Assembly (NCBI RefSeq): GCF_036321535.1
Contig: NC_087437.1
Span: 109,928,001 to 109,992,000, forward strand
DNA from: Camelus dromedarius
Taxonomy: Eukaryota
Reading direction: 5' to 3'
DNA length: 64,000 nt
This document shows, piece after piece, positions 51,946 to 64,000 of this stretch. The notes under the pieces are model-generated. The model was not told the DNA's origin. It ran no database searches and saw only the letters and a list, made by a program, of their open reading frames with translations. Every line of letters starts with the position of its first letter. The stretch's first letter is position 1. The translations under genes were made by a program, and so were the position numbers.

Positions 51946-54413
51946 ACATTAACTTATTGATTGTCCAGATCTTTTTGCAGAAGGTCAACTGTTTTATTAT
52001 CATGAGAAAAAACTCTCTTCATGGTCTCCAAAGACTAGTTCCTCACCCACTCTGTGGCTACCCAGCCTAGCTTACAGATTGATCCTTGCAGAATGTTTCT
52101 TGCAGAATTTAAGAAACCTAAATTTAAATTATACAGCTGCATTGGAGATAGAAATCATCCAAATATTATATAGCCCTCAAAAATTAACACTATCTAAATA
52201 TCATTAATAAATACATTTATTCCAGCATCCATATATGTTGTCATTATTATAATTATTAGTTATTGCCCAGGGGTTTCTTCTGCTGTTTATTGGGTTTATA
52301 TATGTAAAATATGAGTTTGCTTTACAAAGCAAGCTTTCCAATCCTAGAAATTGAGGGATTTGAAATAAAATTGTTTGTCTTTAGGTGGTGGTGTTTTTTT
52401 TTTGGCCATTTTATATAAACAGTATAAATAAACATCTCAAGAGCTATAAAAGCCTCATTCTTTCAATCATGTGAGTCCTTATAGATCTCTTCACAGGAGA
52501 AGTAAATCATTGGTGGATAAATATACAGAGAGAAAGCACAAAATGCAAAGAGACTTCAGAGAGAAAAATAAGATTTAGATATACTGCTAGGTTTGTACAT
52601 AAAACAAAAATCAAATATAAATCTAACTTGCAGCTATATATTTTTACAAAATACCAAATATAAAACTTGAGTAAATCCATTAAGTTCACCTAAAGTTGAT
52701 TGGTAAAAGTGACCAAATTCATCAATCCTATTGAGTACTTTTCCATGAAATTCATTTATTTACAGTACATAAGGAGGAAGCCAATTATTCTTAGTGTGAA
52801 GAATTTTGGCTCAGGATGTGTGGGTTTTTATCTCTGTGCTCTCCAATGGCTCAAACTATATATGGCTGAGAACCACAGCCTTCATATCAGCAAAAAATGG
52901 GTGTCCTTTATTTTTATTTTTTATAGTCATGTGCTAAACTTTTATAGGACGCAGATTCCAGAAAATGATACATTGCTGTCAGACAGCTTGAGGAGACAAA
53001 TCTAATGATAAGAGTGCATTATCTTTATGTTGAGCTAGATAAATGTTCTAAGAGATTTTCGAGTCATTATTTCTTTAGAATTTTAATCAGCACTCAGAGG
53101 AAGATCAAGTTTATGTGCTACGTTTCTTTTAAACATGAGGCAATGGGAGCTCAGAGGGAGTCAAGGTCTGGCCAAAGTTCCCAGTCTTATAGAGAAATTG
53201 ATGTTCACATCTTCCTGAAAGATGGAGACTGCTATAAAAAGCAAAAAAAAAAAAAAAAAAGTAGTATAGGATAGAAGACAGAAAGTTTGGGAAATAAAAT
53301 GGAATGGACAAAGCCAAGAGATATAAAGTCACTTGGTATGTTCAGGGAACATTTGGGCAATTATTTAACAATGAATGGAGGGTTTATTTGGGAAATAATG
53401 CTAGATAGTATTTCTAATGGTTGCACACACCCCCCCCCCATAATTGTGAAATTTGAGTTTTGAAAGAAATTAATCCTGCATTTCCTATCCACCTATTAAA
53501 TGTACTGGAACAGATGTCTACTAATAATACTCCAGATTTCTTGTCCATTCTAAATAATTTTGGATATACTGTAAAGTAAATATTTTTACCAACCATCTTT
53601 ATATATAGAAGTGTAACATGGTATTATTTACCAAATATAACTTTTGTCAGCAACAAACTGGGTGGTTCAAATCACTACTAGAACTCTAGTAAAACTGGAT
53701 AAAGTAATCTGTGCACAAGCATTGGAGTACAACCAGATTAAGAACTGCTAGGTAAAAATTAGGAGAGTTTTAAGTCAACAGAAATGTTGGCATTTGCGCT
53801 GCTTTCTTCCTAGAGTTGCCCACTAATTCCAAAAATGTTAGTGGGCTCATAGTGTGAATAAATGCAATTAGAACCCCTGCATATTATAACGAGCTGGGAA
53901 TATAGGTACACATTCCAGGGTTTTGAAACATTCTAGGATTGTAAAGACTCTACTAGAATTTTTAGGTTAAGCAAACAGAATATATTTTAAAGGAACCGAA
54001 GTCAATCTTCGAATTTCATCCTTCATGATTATATGACAATGTTAGTAATCTTACCCTAGCTTGGTACACTCAGAGTAAATTCTTCTGCAAATAGACTCAT
54101 TCAGAGCCTCGTATTACCTAGAGTCATTGATTAAAAATTATCAATGCTACAAAAAAGGCAACACAAGACCAAACCAACAGATAACATGGAGTACAAACGA
54201 ATCTATGGGAGATTCAGATAATGGACATATTAGAAATGCATGGAAAAATAATTGTGGTTATTATCCTTAAGAAATTAAAGACAAGGTTAAGAATTTTAAC
54301 AGCGTGCTAGAATATATAAAAATGAAAACAAAAAATGCAAAAACTGTAAAATACAGTAACTAGAACAAACAAAGCTCAAGTGAATTCAAAGACAAACTAA
54401 AATAGTCTGAAAC

Positions 54414-55064
54414 TGTTAGAGCAGGCAGATAGGTAGATATGAGTAGAGAAAGGGGGACACTGGCCAAATGGCTGAAATTGGGCAGAAAAGAGGGGCACAG
54501 GTCAAATGCAGGAAACCATACATCATGTGAGCACCAGGGGTCCCTGGACAGATAAAGAAAAGCAGGAACTTCTGGGTTGACAAGTGGTCACAGCTTTTGC
54601 AGTGACAAGCGGCCTGGAGGCCAACAAAGAAAGGTGGGAAAAGGGAGGAATCTTCAGTGTCCAAATATAACTTTTTGCTTATTATGCCCATCTCAATAAA
54701 ATTAGCCTCGCAGATTCGAAGTACCCATCATGCACTGACACCATGACACTTCCAACCCAGACTAAACAAGGACAAAAATCCCTCCCTTCTGAAAGGTGGA
54801 GTTGGGATAAAAATCAGGCAATATGACCCCAAACCCTTCCCTCCCCAGTGAATATTCCATGCATTCATTTTTTACATCCTATGTAGCCAACTTGCCAAAG
54901 AAACTCAGGGCAGCTGCCCACCTAAGCCTGCCCGCTCTCCCCTTGAGTGTACTATCTCTCCCTTAATAAATCCTCACTTTACATTCCTGACCTCTGCGTC
55001 TTGTCTCTGAATGCTTTCTGGGGTGGGGCAAGAAACAGGACACCGGCTACATCTGCCAGCAACA
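54414..55064 (+). mobile_element. ERV1-type solo LTR (family A, copy 2)
   Basis: TGTTAGA...AATAAA (54965-54970)...CAGCAACA; TSD aaac/agac; 52 of the first 60 nt identical to the 50486 copy. Confidence 0.85.
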
Positions 55065-55368
55065 AGACTATAGGCAAACATCCCTTCCAGCTGAAATAGA
55101 ATCTAATAATGAGCTCAGATCAGGGAGTGGCAGCATGGTCAAGTACAGGCACACCAGCAGTTCAACCAAGCTGATTAAAATCGGAGACAGTGCCTACCTA
55201 ACTCAGTTATTTGAGGAATCTTACTTACAAGCCTTTTACCTTTCTAATATGTAGAAAAAAGATTTACAGTCTCTGGGAAACAGTGAATCAAAATATTTCA
55301 TATATATATTTGTGTATGTGTATCAATAATATAATCATAAATTGTATGTGCATATAAAGCAATCTTAC

Positions 55369-55973
55369 TGAGACAGGATGGAAGGGGGCAGGGCGTAGCC
55401 ATTCAAGGAATGCTACAGCAATGAACATCGAAGTGGCAAAAACCCCAATAGGCCTTGAGGCTCAAGATGATGAGAGATTTAACTTCTAGCAGATCTTGAG
55501 CTTCATTATACGCTCATTGTAATATATTGACATGGTGAGTAACACACCCACAGGCACCATGGCAGTCCCAAGGCTCGCCACAAAAGGTCAAAGAGTGGGA
55601 AATGGGCAACTTCCTGGGAATCCCAGCCCCTTCCCCAGGCTACTTAGACTGGTCCTTCCACTTACTAGCATATGAAGCCACCAAGCCCATAAAAACTAGC
55701 AACATGGCTCTCTCTCCCTCTTCGGAGATGGCCCACATTCTGTCTATGGAATGTGTACCTACTTTTAATCTGAGCACCCAACCCCTACACCTCATGGCCT
55801 TTCTCTTGCCTTTCAATGTATCTCTCTGAATAAATCTACCTTTACTCAACCGTGGCTCGCTCTTGAATTCTTTCCTGCACAAAGCCTGCACACTTGGTGG
55901 GGCATGTCCCAGGGGCTCAGCCAAAGCCTGGGACACAGCCCTTGTCATGCCTCACACCTGTTTTTCTGCATCA
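55369..55973 (+). mobile_element. ERV-type LTR (family B, copy 1)
   Basis: TGAGACAGG...cataaaaact...gaataaatctacctttactc...cttgaattctttcctgc...tttctgcatCA; homologous to 63447-64000; no clear TSD. Confidence 0.8.
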
Positions 55974-58900
55974 ATATGGGTATATAAATATAAATATTTA
56001 TACTACAAAATGTGCTTTTACATATACAATGTCTATAATGCAATAAAACATTACAAAAAATGGCAAAGAGCATGTAAATATTACCCCTATCAAAAGAATA
56101 GCAATTAATAGGAGCAAATTCACATTTCATACAAATATTAGACTTAGTTGACATAGAGTCTAAAATGACTATGATGGATATTGAAAAATTTAAGAAAAAG
56201 ATGGACATAATTTATAAATTTATGGGGAATTTTAAGATACAAACATTAAAAAAAAATACCTAATGGTTATTCTTAAATGGAAAGTTAAAAATTTAAGTTT
56301 TAAAATAATCAACTTAGAATCAGGTCAAAATATCCTTCAAAAATGAAGAAAAATGAAAACTTTTTCAGAAAAATTCTCTCCTCATAAGTTATCTATAAAA
56401 TAATTAATTTAATTCTGACTTATTTAATTAGCAATTTCTAGAAGTTGGTGCAGTTAAAAAAATACTATAATCTATTGTTAACACTCCTCATATCAGAAAG
56501 AATTGGATCTATATCTCAGGAATGTAGACTTACAAACAAACAAAAAATAATTGCAAGTCAGTAATTTCACAGTAAAGAGCACACATATTGAAATTGCCCA
56601 GTTGTATAATGTTGACAAATAATTCAGTGTTATTTCTTAAAAAGACAAACAAACAAACAAACAAAAAAACCATCCTGGGGGCCAACACTATACAGAAATA
56701 ATCGATACAAGATTGGAGCTGGATTGACCAGGATCTGAGTGCATGGAAAGTCTTCTCAACTGATAACCCTCGTCATTCACTGTAACACAAATGTAGACTT
56801 GGAGATGAAAATAAACTGGAAGAGAATGAGGCTTCAAGCTCCTTTGATTGATGCAGAGGATATGAACTGAGATTCTGTACCCTTTGAAAACAAATTTATT
56901 GACTTTCCACTTTGCCTAAGAGTGGTTCTGCTTGCTACTCATTATGTGATTACTCTTAAGTTTGCCAAGAGGACTATTTTGAAGAAGTGTTTGGAATACA
57001 AGAAGAATGGGGAATATTTTCCAAATAATTATGTAAATTGTGTAAAGTTATCAGTCACTTCTTTTCTTATATGCTGTTTCTTTTAAAAATTGAAATGATT
57101 GATTTTATTGATTTTCTCAAAATCCAAATTTTGACCATGTTGTTTATCTCTGTTTTATATTTGACTTCTATCTCATTGATTTCTACTCTTACCTTTATAA
57201 TTTTCTATCATAAATTTATTTTTGGTTTAAATCACTATTCTTTTTTCTGGCTTCCTCACATAAAGCACTAAAAAATTTCAAGCTTTCTTGAATGGTCATA
57301 TATACTTTAAAATCTAAGAATTTCCTTCTAAACCACTGTATCTCTCAAATTTTACTGGGTTGTATCATCATCATCATGCTTTTAAAAACATTTCTTATTT
57401 CCATTTTTTCTTTGATGTTTGAATTTTATGAGTGGTCCTAATTAATTCACAGTCATGAGGTTCTCTTCATTTAAAAGTTTGTAGTTCATTTTTATCTTAT
57501 ATCTACTGATTTTTCACATTTTAAATGTATTATCGGCAGTAAACTTAACAATAACCCAAATTTAAAGTCTAATGCCAGCATTTTTGATAGAATTTATTTG
57601 AATAGATTCTCTCCTCAAAGTGAAATTCACATGAATAAAATGTACTAAACCCCTTAATCCAAAAATAATGTGATGGTTTGTTATCTGTTTATTTTCTAAT
57701 CATGTTTCCTTGTGTACTTGCAGGATTAAATGTGAACGGGTTTTGAAATCCTACGTGTGTGCAAGGTCTTAACTAATATCTTCAGAACTTTAAGTGTCTT
57801 ATTGTAATAATTTCCTGGAAATTCATAGTTTGAAGGCACAACTTTCTCTGACTATAAATCTTAGAAGCAGAGGAGAGGTGAATTCCCTCAACGAACAACT
57901 GACTATGTGTCTGTACTCGCAGGAGGGAATTTGGAAGTTGGTATATACACTAGTTATGTAGAAAACAAGGAGAGAATTTAGTTTATATGATTTGGTTCAT
58001 AATAAAAAAAAGTAAATAAAGGACTAGTATATATTCGTAAGACTGAGGAAAAAAATGTCTATGAGCTTTTAGTAACTAAAATTGAATTTGCCCCATTTTG
58101 GTTGGCAAAGTATCTGAACTTTGCATTCCAACAGCCAATTTCTAGTCTGATTCATTTCTCTAAGGGCGATAAGGAGGTTATCACTGAACCTAGGTGGGAC
58201 ACAACCAAAACAGACATACAAGCTGCTCTAGAAGGCCTAGAAGGGTCTAGGTTTGGGCGGCATGGATTCCATCTTGGTACCTTCCCAAGTCTCAAACTCA
58301 CAGTAGCTGAAAATGAGCTTCTGGAGCAACCCATATGTCTGTTTTGGTTGTATCTCACCATGAAATTTGATACTATTTGATTTTTTTAATGGTTACTTTC
58401 TAAGCTTTTATAAATATACATAACTTTAGGAAACAATGTCTCCAAATAAACAGCTTGTAAATGAGCCAAATATAAAAATAAAATGCTATCTTTGTGTAGA
58501 GCCTAGGGATCTTTAAAGAAATTTCCTATGCATTATTTCATCATATGCTGTCAAGCAGAACTGTGAGGAATTTACTCATTGTAACCGGAAGTCCTTTTTT
58601 GCCCTACAAGAAAAGAGAGGCTCTAAAAGAATCATAGACTTGCTAAAGGTATCATTTCCTTAAGGAAATGAACATACCTTATTCTCTTCTTATGTATTAA
58701 ATATGAGAGACCTAAGTGATGGCATAGATCCCCAAGTTGAACCCACTTATTGTATAAACGTAGAACTTGAGATCTAGAAGAGTTAGTTTCTAGGTGTCAT
58801 AGAAATTACCGATAAAACTCTTAATTCCTAGGTTTCATTTAATACAATTTCAATTGTTCAAGGAGGATCTTATCTTGCCTTCTCAGTCTGTCTCTCTTCC

Positions 58901-60673
58901 TCTCCTATCAGTTATCACCACCACCATCATCATTGTCACTAGATTGCTTGGGAAATATTCATGGTTTGGGGACTGTTCCTGGGAAATCTGAAGGGATTGA
59001 AATAATGAGAGAAAAATATACAATATTTTATGTGGCATTCCCAACAGAAATTGAAATAATAATGTCAGGTGCTCTCCTGTGAACTCAATCTGATTTTGTT
59101 TATAACTTCCATAATTTTTGAAAAGGTAATATTCTAAGTTATCCCCATATGAAAATTTCCACTTTTGCCAAATTGGGGCAATCTCTGATGATTAAAAATT
59201 ATCTGCATATTTCAGATGTGAAAATGGTTCTCTGGCCTCTGGAAATACTCTATTTAAAAAGCAAGCTTCCTTTTAAAGACAAACCAGGGATTGATTCAAT
59301 AATAATTATACAGCAATAAAGTGAAGCACTCACACACAACTGGTAATTACAATGTTGGAAACAGTAAACTTGTAATATCACAAATGGTACTGAAGTTAAA
59401 TATAATTATGTTTCATTTAAGGATGTAAGTCTCAAAGTATAAAAACTTGTATTATTATTTCTCAAGAAACTATCCCAATTCCACGTAAAACTGCTCTGGA
59501 GACAGCCGAACACCAAGGCTTGGGCAACATTCTGGCTTTAAAAGGATTAAGACAGATCCTGCCTAGATTCCAGCAACAGTGAGTCTGAGGCTTCAGTTCC
59601 CTGCAAAGGCAGCCCTGCTCTCCTTCACACTGCCATTAGAGCTCTCAAAATTCCTGTCCCGACCAGAGTTCTGGTTTCCTCTTGCTTCATTCCTTGCCCA
59701 TCTGTTACAGTCACTGGCTCTGTGAGACCTGAATTCAGGGGTTCAGTTTCCAAGCTCCTGCTGCCTAAGTGACTTTATTTCCAGGAATTGCCAGTCATCA
59801 TTTTTACCAGCCGGCATGTGGTACTTACTTCTAGGAATTAATGTATTCCGTTTCCCAGGAAACTCATCATGAATCATTCCCGTGCCATTGATTTCACCAA
59901 TTTCTATTTATTTATTCTTGTCACATTAGTGATTGTAGATAACAGCTTTGTTTTCTCCCAAACTTAACTCCCATATTTTTTTTTATTAGTAATGCCTCAG
60001 CAGTACCTTGCCAAACATCTTGTCGATACCAATTGATCCTCAAAATAATATGCATTCCATTTTGTTCTTAGGGAATGCATGGTAAACAAATGTTCTATTA
60101 CATTATTTTTCAGGGAGAATGCTTTCATTTCTATACTTCTCTATGTTACGAAAATTTTAAAACAATTTTTAGAAATTTGGCTTCCATTTCTCTGAACTTA
60201 CCATCTAGCAAGTTTAACTAAATAATGATTTAATTACAGCAGTAATTAAAGCTGTAAATGAGCAGTTCTTCAACATATAAGTATATTTAACAGCGAGACT
60301 TTAATAACAATCTTATATGTCAATAAACTTCCCAGAGAAAGTATTTTATAAGCGGAATGAGTACATCTGGAGAATGAATACATGAGTGTTTATAAATAGC
60401 TTGACCTGGGAAGAAACTGGAGCAAAGATGCTTAATTAGATGATTGCACCAATTTGAATAGAAAAAAAGAAAACCTATGATTAATGAAGTCCAATAGGCA
60501 GAATGTCCACATGGACCCATCCTATAATGCTAAACCCATCTCTCATTTCTACACAAATTCCTCCTTTTACTATAAACCAACTGATCTTCAATTCTTCCCT
60601 GAACACAAGTGTATATTTTTCCTCTCTGCTTTGGTCATTTTACTTCATCTTTTTTTTTTTTTTTACTTCCCCT

Positions 60674-61145
60674 CGTTGCCGCAAAACTGGCCTCTGTACC
60701 CCCAAAATGGATTGAGACTCAGAGGCAGAAAAGAACAGCTTTATTGCTTTGCCAGCAGGCGAATGCCTTAGAGAATGTGAATCCATCTTGGAGTTGGGGT
60801 CTTGAATTTTTAGAGAAAAAAAAAAAACTGGATGGAACAGGAAAGGTGATAATAGTCAGGGTGCTTTGCAGGGTGCTGCTGTATCCCCCTTAACCTCACT
60901 GAATCTTTCTGGAGTCATGGGGGAACTGCAGAGGGTCTGTCCATTCCTCTGAGATTATCTGCCCATTACCTTCTTCCTGGAGCAGAGCCTCTGGGTTAAA
61001 ACTATTGTAAAGAATGTAAGGGAGAAGTTTGGAGGTTACTTAGCAGAAAAGCAGCAAGGGTCAGGAAGCAGACTGCAGGACTTCTTAGGAAGAATCAGCA
61101 GACAGTTTTAGCATCAGGGAAGTTCGCTCCTTTCCTCCTCCTTCA
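60674..61145 (-). mobile_element. ERV1-type solo LTR
   Basis: On the minus strand it starts TGAAGGAGG, has AATAAA (60740-60745) and ends GGCAACG; 4-bp TSD ccct at 60670-60673 and 61146-61149. Confidence 0.7.
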
Positions 61146-61576
61146 CCCTTATCTATTCTCAGAACACTTGTGTTTCTGATATTTAAGAAAGTCCCAGCTT
61201 TTAGAGTTATTTTTAAATGCCATTTCCTTTATCATCCTTCTATCACCAAATAAAAGTTTTCTTTTAGTCTTGTGAAGTTGGAGCTAAACTGAATTACAGT
61301 GAAATTTAAAGGCTGAGGTGATAGGAATAGTATGATATGGTGAATACGGCAATCTTGAATTAGAAGACATTTAATTAGTCAATTACTATATGTAAAGTTT
61401 CCATTTCCTGATCAGAAGAGACTTTGAAAATGGAAATCCCAGGCTCACTGAGGATAAGAGCAGAAATTTTGTTGCAAATGCCTTCTAAATGAACTAGATT
61501 AATAATATCAGTCAACTTTAACTCATTCCCTTGGTCAGATATAATTTGATACTGTGAAGAAAAGGTTCATAATACT

Positions 61577-61665
61577 TCATGTATGACTGAAGAATTGTGC
61601 TGACACCAGATATTGACACAACATTGTAAACTGACTATACCTTAAAAATAAAAATAAAATTTTAA
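61577..61665 (+). mobile_element. Very short 5'-truncated L1 (3' tip only)
   Basis: tgtatgactgaagaattgtgctgacaccagatattgacacaacattgtaaactgactatac plus an A-rich tail; TSD aaaaggttcataat at 61560-61573 and 61666-61679. Confidence 0.8.
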
Positions 61666-61829
61666 AAAAGGTTCATAATGCTAAAAAGATACATGTCTGT
61701 TAATTAATACATGTTATTGTTGTGGACTGAGAATGTAGCACATTCCTACTCATATATATACACACAAATCAGCAACATTAATGTATTCCCACACATTTCT
61801 AGTCTTCATTGGACTATAGGTCTTATCTA

Positions 61830-62525
61830 GAGCAATAAGGCAAGAAAAACATATAAATGGCATAACTATCAGTAAGGGAGTAAGAAAGCTTTCTTTTTTC
61901 ACAAGTAGAATGATTGTATACATAAAAAAAGCCTAAGGAACATACAAAATTACCACAGGAATATCTGTTTTATTTCTACTTACAAACCAAAAATCTATGA
62001 AAAACTCAGTCTAAAATATGTTGTAGTAACAGCAAAATATATACTCTAAAATTACATTTCAAGATTCAAGATTTCCATATTTAATATTTATAAAATACTG
62101 CAGAAAGAAATTAACTAAGACTGAAATAAATAGAGAGATATATCATGGACTGAAAGCTTTTTATTATCCCTGATTTGTAGATTAAACGCATTCTGAACAA
62201 ACATGCCACCCAGCATTTTTATAAAAATTGAAAAACTGATTTCAAAATTTATATAAGAAAGCAAGAATAGGCAAAGTAATCTTTAAAAAGGAGAATTAAA
62301 TTTGGAAGACTTTCACTATTTCATTTCAGAATTTAATATAAAAGTATATTAAGATATTATGGTACCAAAAAAAGTATAGGTAATTATTCAGTGGAACAGA
62401 ATAGAGTTCTGAGATGGACTTACACATATACTGTTGACTTCTTTTCACAAAGATGTGAAATCAATTCAAATGTGAAAAACTGTATTTTCAACAAATAGCA
62501 TTAAAATCACTGGATACATTTAAAG
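61830..62525 (+). mobile_element. Old L1 ORF2 relic
   Basis: agcaataaggcaagaaaaacatataaatggcata...atgattgtatacataaaaaa...gaagactttcactatttcatttcagaatttaatataaaag...cagtggaacagaatagagttctgag; boundaries approximate. Confidence 0.7.
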
Positions 62526-63308
62526 AACTAAAAAACAAAAAGAAAAAATGTGTTGCTGTGCAACAATCTTATATCTATGCTTAAAATCATTCAATGGCTT
62601 TTGTTGCTTTTTAAAGAAAGTGTAATCCTGAATTAGACCTCTAAAGTCCTATAGAGAATAGCCCCCAGATCTTTCTGGCTTAATTTCAAGTCATTCTTTC
62701 CTTTCTCCTCAATAACCAGACAAAATGGTTTTCAGTTTTATAATGCACATCTCAAAACTTTGGACCTAAAAACACTTTCTCTCAAAGCCCCACCTCTAAA
62801 TCCCCTACTTTTCCTTTAGGCCTGTTTCAAATGCTATTCCTCTGGGAATATTTTCTTGCCCTTTCTGACCAGGTGAGATTTCTTTGATGTATGTTAATGT
62901 AGCATCAAGAACCAATTTATAGCTCATTATTTAGGATCTGCTTTCTCTGTTAGACTTTCAGTCCAGTTAGAACAAACAGCACACATTTTCTTAATCTATT
63001 TTTTCATTGTGGAGTAACACACAAAACAATTTTATGTTTAAAATACATATTCAACAATATATTTCCATAACAAAGATTCGGGTTCATGGTAAAGGTTTAA
63101 TGAAAATATTGTAAAAATAAGAGTACCGGCAAAATGTTTGACAGTGTATTCTGAGGTGTGATTAATTAAAAGAAAAAATGTGGGGTCAGGGAGCTGGGGA
63201 GGATAAGACTGCTCTCTATAATCACTACTGAGACAACTATTAATAAATAGAAATTGGTGAAATCAAGTGCCTAGAAATGATCCATGAGAGTGCATTTATT
63301 CTTGGCAA

Positions 63309-63446
63309 TCAGAACTGGAAACCGGTTGGTCGACAGATAATCAGCAGCTTCTGGAACTTTAGTTGTGTGGGCAGCAGGTTGAGACCCAAACCCCTGGGTT
63401 CACAGTCCATCTCTCAGAGGTACAGCAGGAGGAATCTGGAAGCTAG
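63309..63446 (-). pseudogene. Candidate decayed KRTAP13-family 3' remnant truncated by an LTR
   Basis: Minus strand tgc tgc cca cac aac taa agt tcc aga agc tgc tga tta tc tgt cga cca acc ggt ttc cag ttc tga = CCPHN*SSRSC*L.CRPT..F*, cf. CHPTYFASRSCQSSCYRPTCGSGFY*; AATAAA(-) at 63295-63300. Confidence 0.5.
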
Positions 63447-64000
63447 TGAGACAGGAGTTAAGGGGGCAAGGGCACAGCCATCCAAGGAATCTCACAGCAA
63501 TTAACACCAAAATGGTGGAAGATGCAACTCCCAGGTCTTGAGGATCAAGATGGTGGGATATTTGACTTTTAGTAGACCTCAGATTTTATTATACACTCAT
63601 TGTAATATGTTAGCATGGTAAATAACGTACCCACAGACGCCATGACAGTTCCAAGGCTGACCACAAAAGGTCAAAGTGTGAGTAGTGGCCCAATTCCTAG
63701 GAATCCTAGCCCCTTCCCCAGGGTAGTTGGAATGACCCTCCCACTTGTTAGCATATGAAGCTACCAAGTCCATAAAAACTGGCAACTCCACACCTCATGA
63801 CCACCTCTTTCTCTCTTGTCTTTGGAAATGGCCGGCACTCCGTCTGTGGAGTGTGTACCTACTTTTACTTTAACCCAGGCACCCAACCCCCACACCTCGT
63901 GGCCTTTCTCACCCCTTTTAAAACAGCCTACACTCTATGCAATACGTATCTGTCTAAATAAATCTATCTTTACTCAACTGTGGCTCACTCTTGAATTCCT
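63447..64000 (+). mobile_element. ERV-type LTR (family B, copy 2), runs off the window end
   Basis: TGAGACAGG start, colinear with 55369-55870 (cattgtaatat...ccacaaaaggtcaaag...agcatatgaagc...aataaatcta...cttgaattc). Confidence 0.8.

Noticed and set aside
50488..54691. Two similar minus-strand ORFs (88 and 91 aa, ...DSSLFP.FFVGLQ...) as a duplicated gene
   Set aside because: Both lie wholly within the paired LTRs; the similarity is LTR homology.
50486..55064. Provirus or LTR retrotransposon that captured a KRTAP gene
   Set aside because: Each LTR has its own TSD, the outer flanks differ, there is no PBS or PPT, and the gene keeps its native promoter block and 3' flank.
1..64000. Prokaryotic-type systems (CRISPR arrays, operons, defence islands)
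   Set aside because: The sequence is mammalian; there are no repeat-spacer arrays or dense long ORFs.

Overview
Mammalian, AT-rich, repeat-rich genomic DNA from a hair keratin-associated protein 13 (KRTAP13) cluster. It is probably camelid: two tRNA-derived SINEs resemble the camelid Vic-1 family, and I recognised no primate, ruminant or pig SINEs. I count seven intronless KRTAP13-family copies. Only one (39872-40387, +, 171 aa) is fully intact. One (6047-5610, -) has a single late nonsense codon ahead of an intact in-frame tail, and three are disrupted (24.3-24.8 kb -, 45.8-46.3 kb +, 51.6-51.9 kb +). Two more are heavily decayed relics that appear only as fragments, or not at all, in the ORF track (20.5-20.9 kb -, 63.3-63.4 kb -). 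The rest is transposable-element debris: L1 (one twin-primed and one internally deleted copy), L2, MIR, MER20, MLT1/MLT2, an ERVL pol relic with its LTR, and six ERV-type LTRs between 49 and 64 kb. Two of those LTRs belong to one family and bracket a KRTAP13 copy. I found no evidence of a wholly new biological system. The best leads are the cryptic paralogues, the stop-codon history of the family, possible 5'-restricted gene conversion, a SINE-L1-tail chimera and the LTR-bracketed gene. Repeat family names and human orthology are from recall and need database confirmation.
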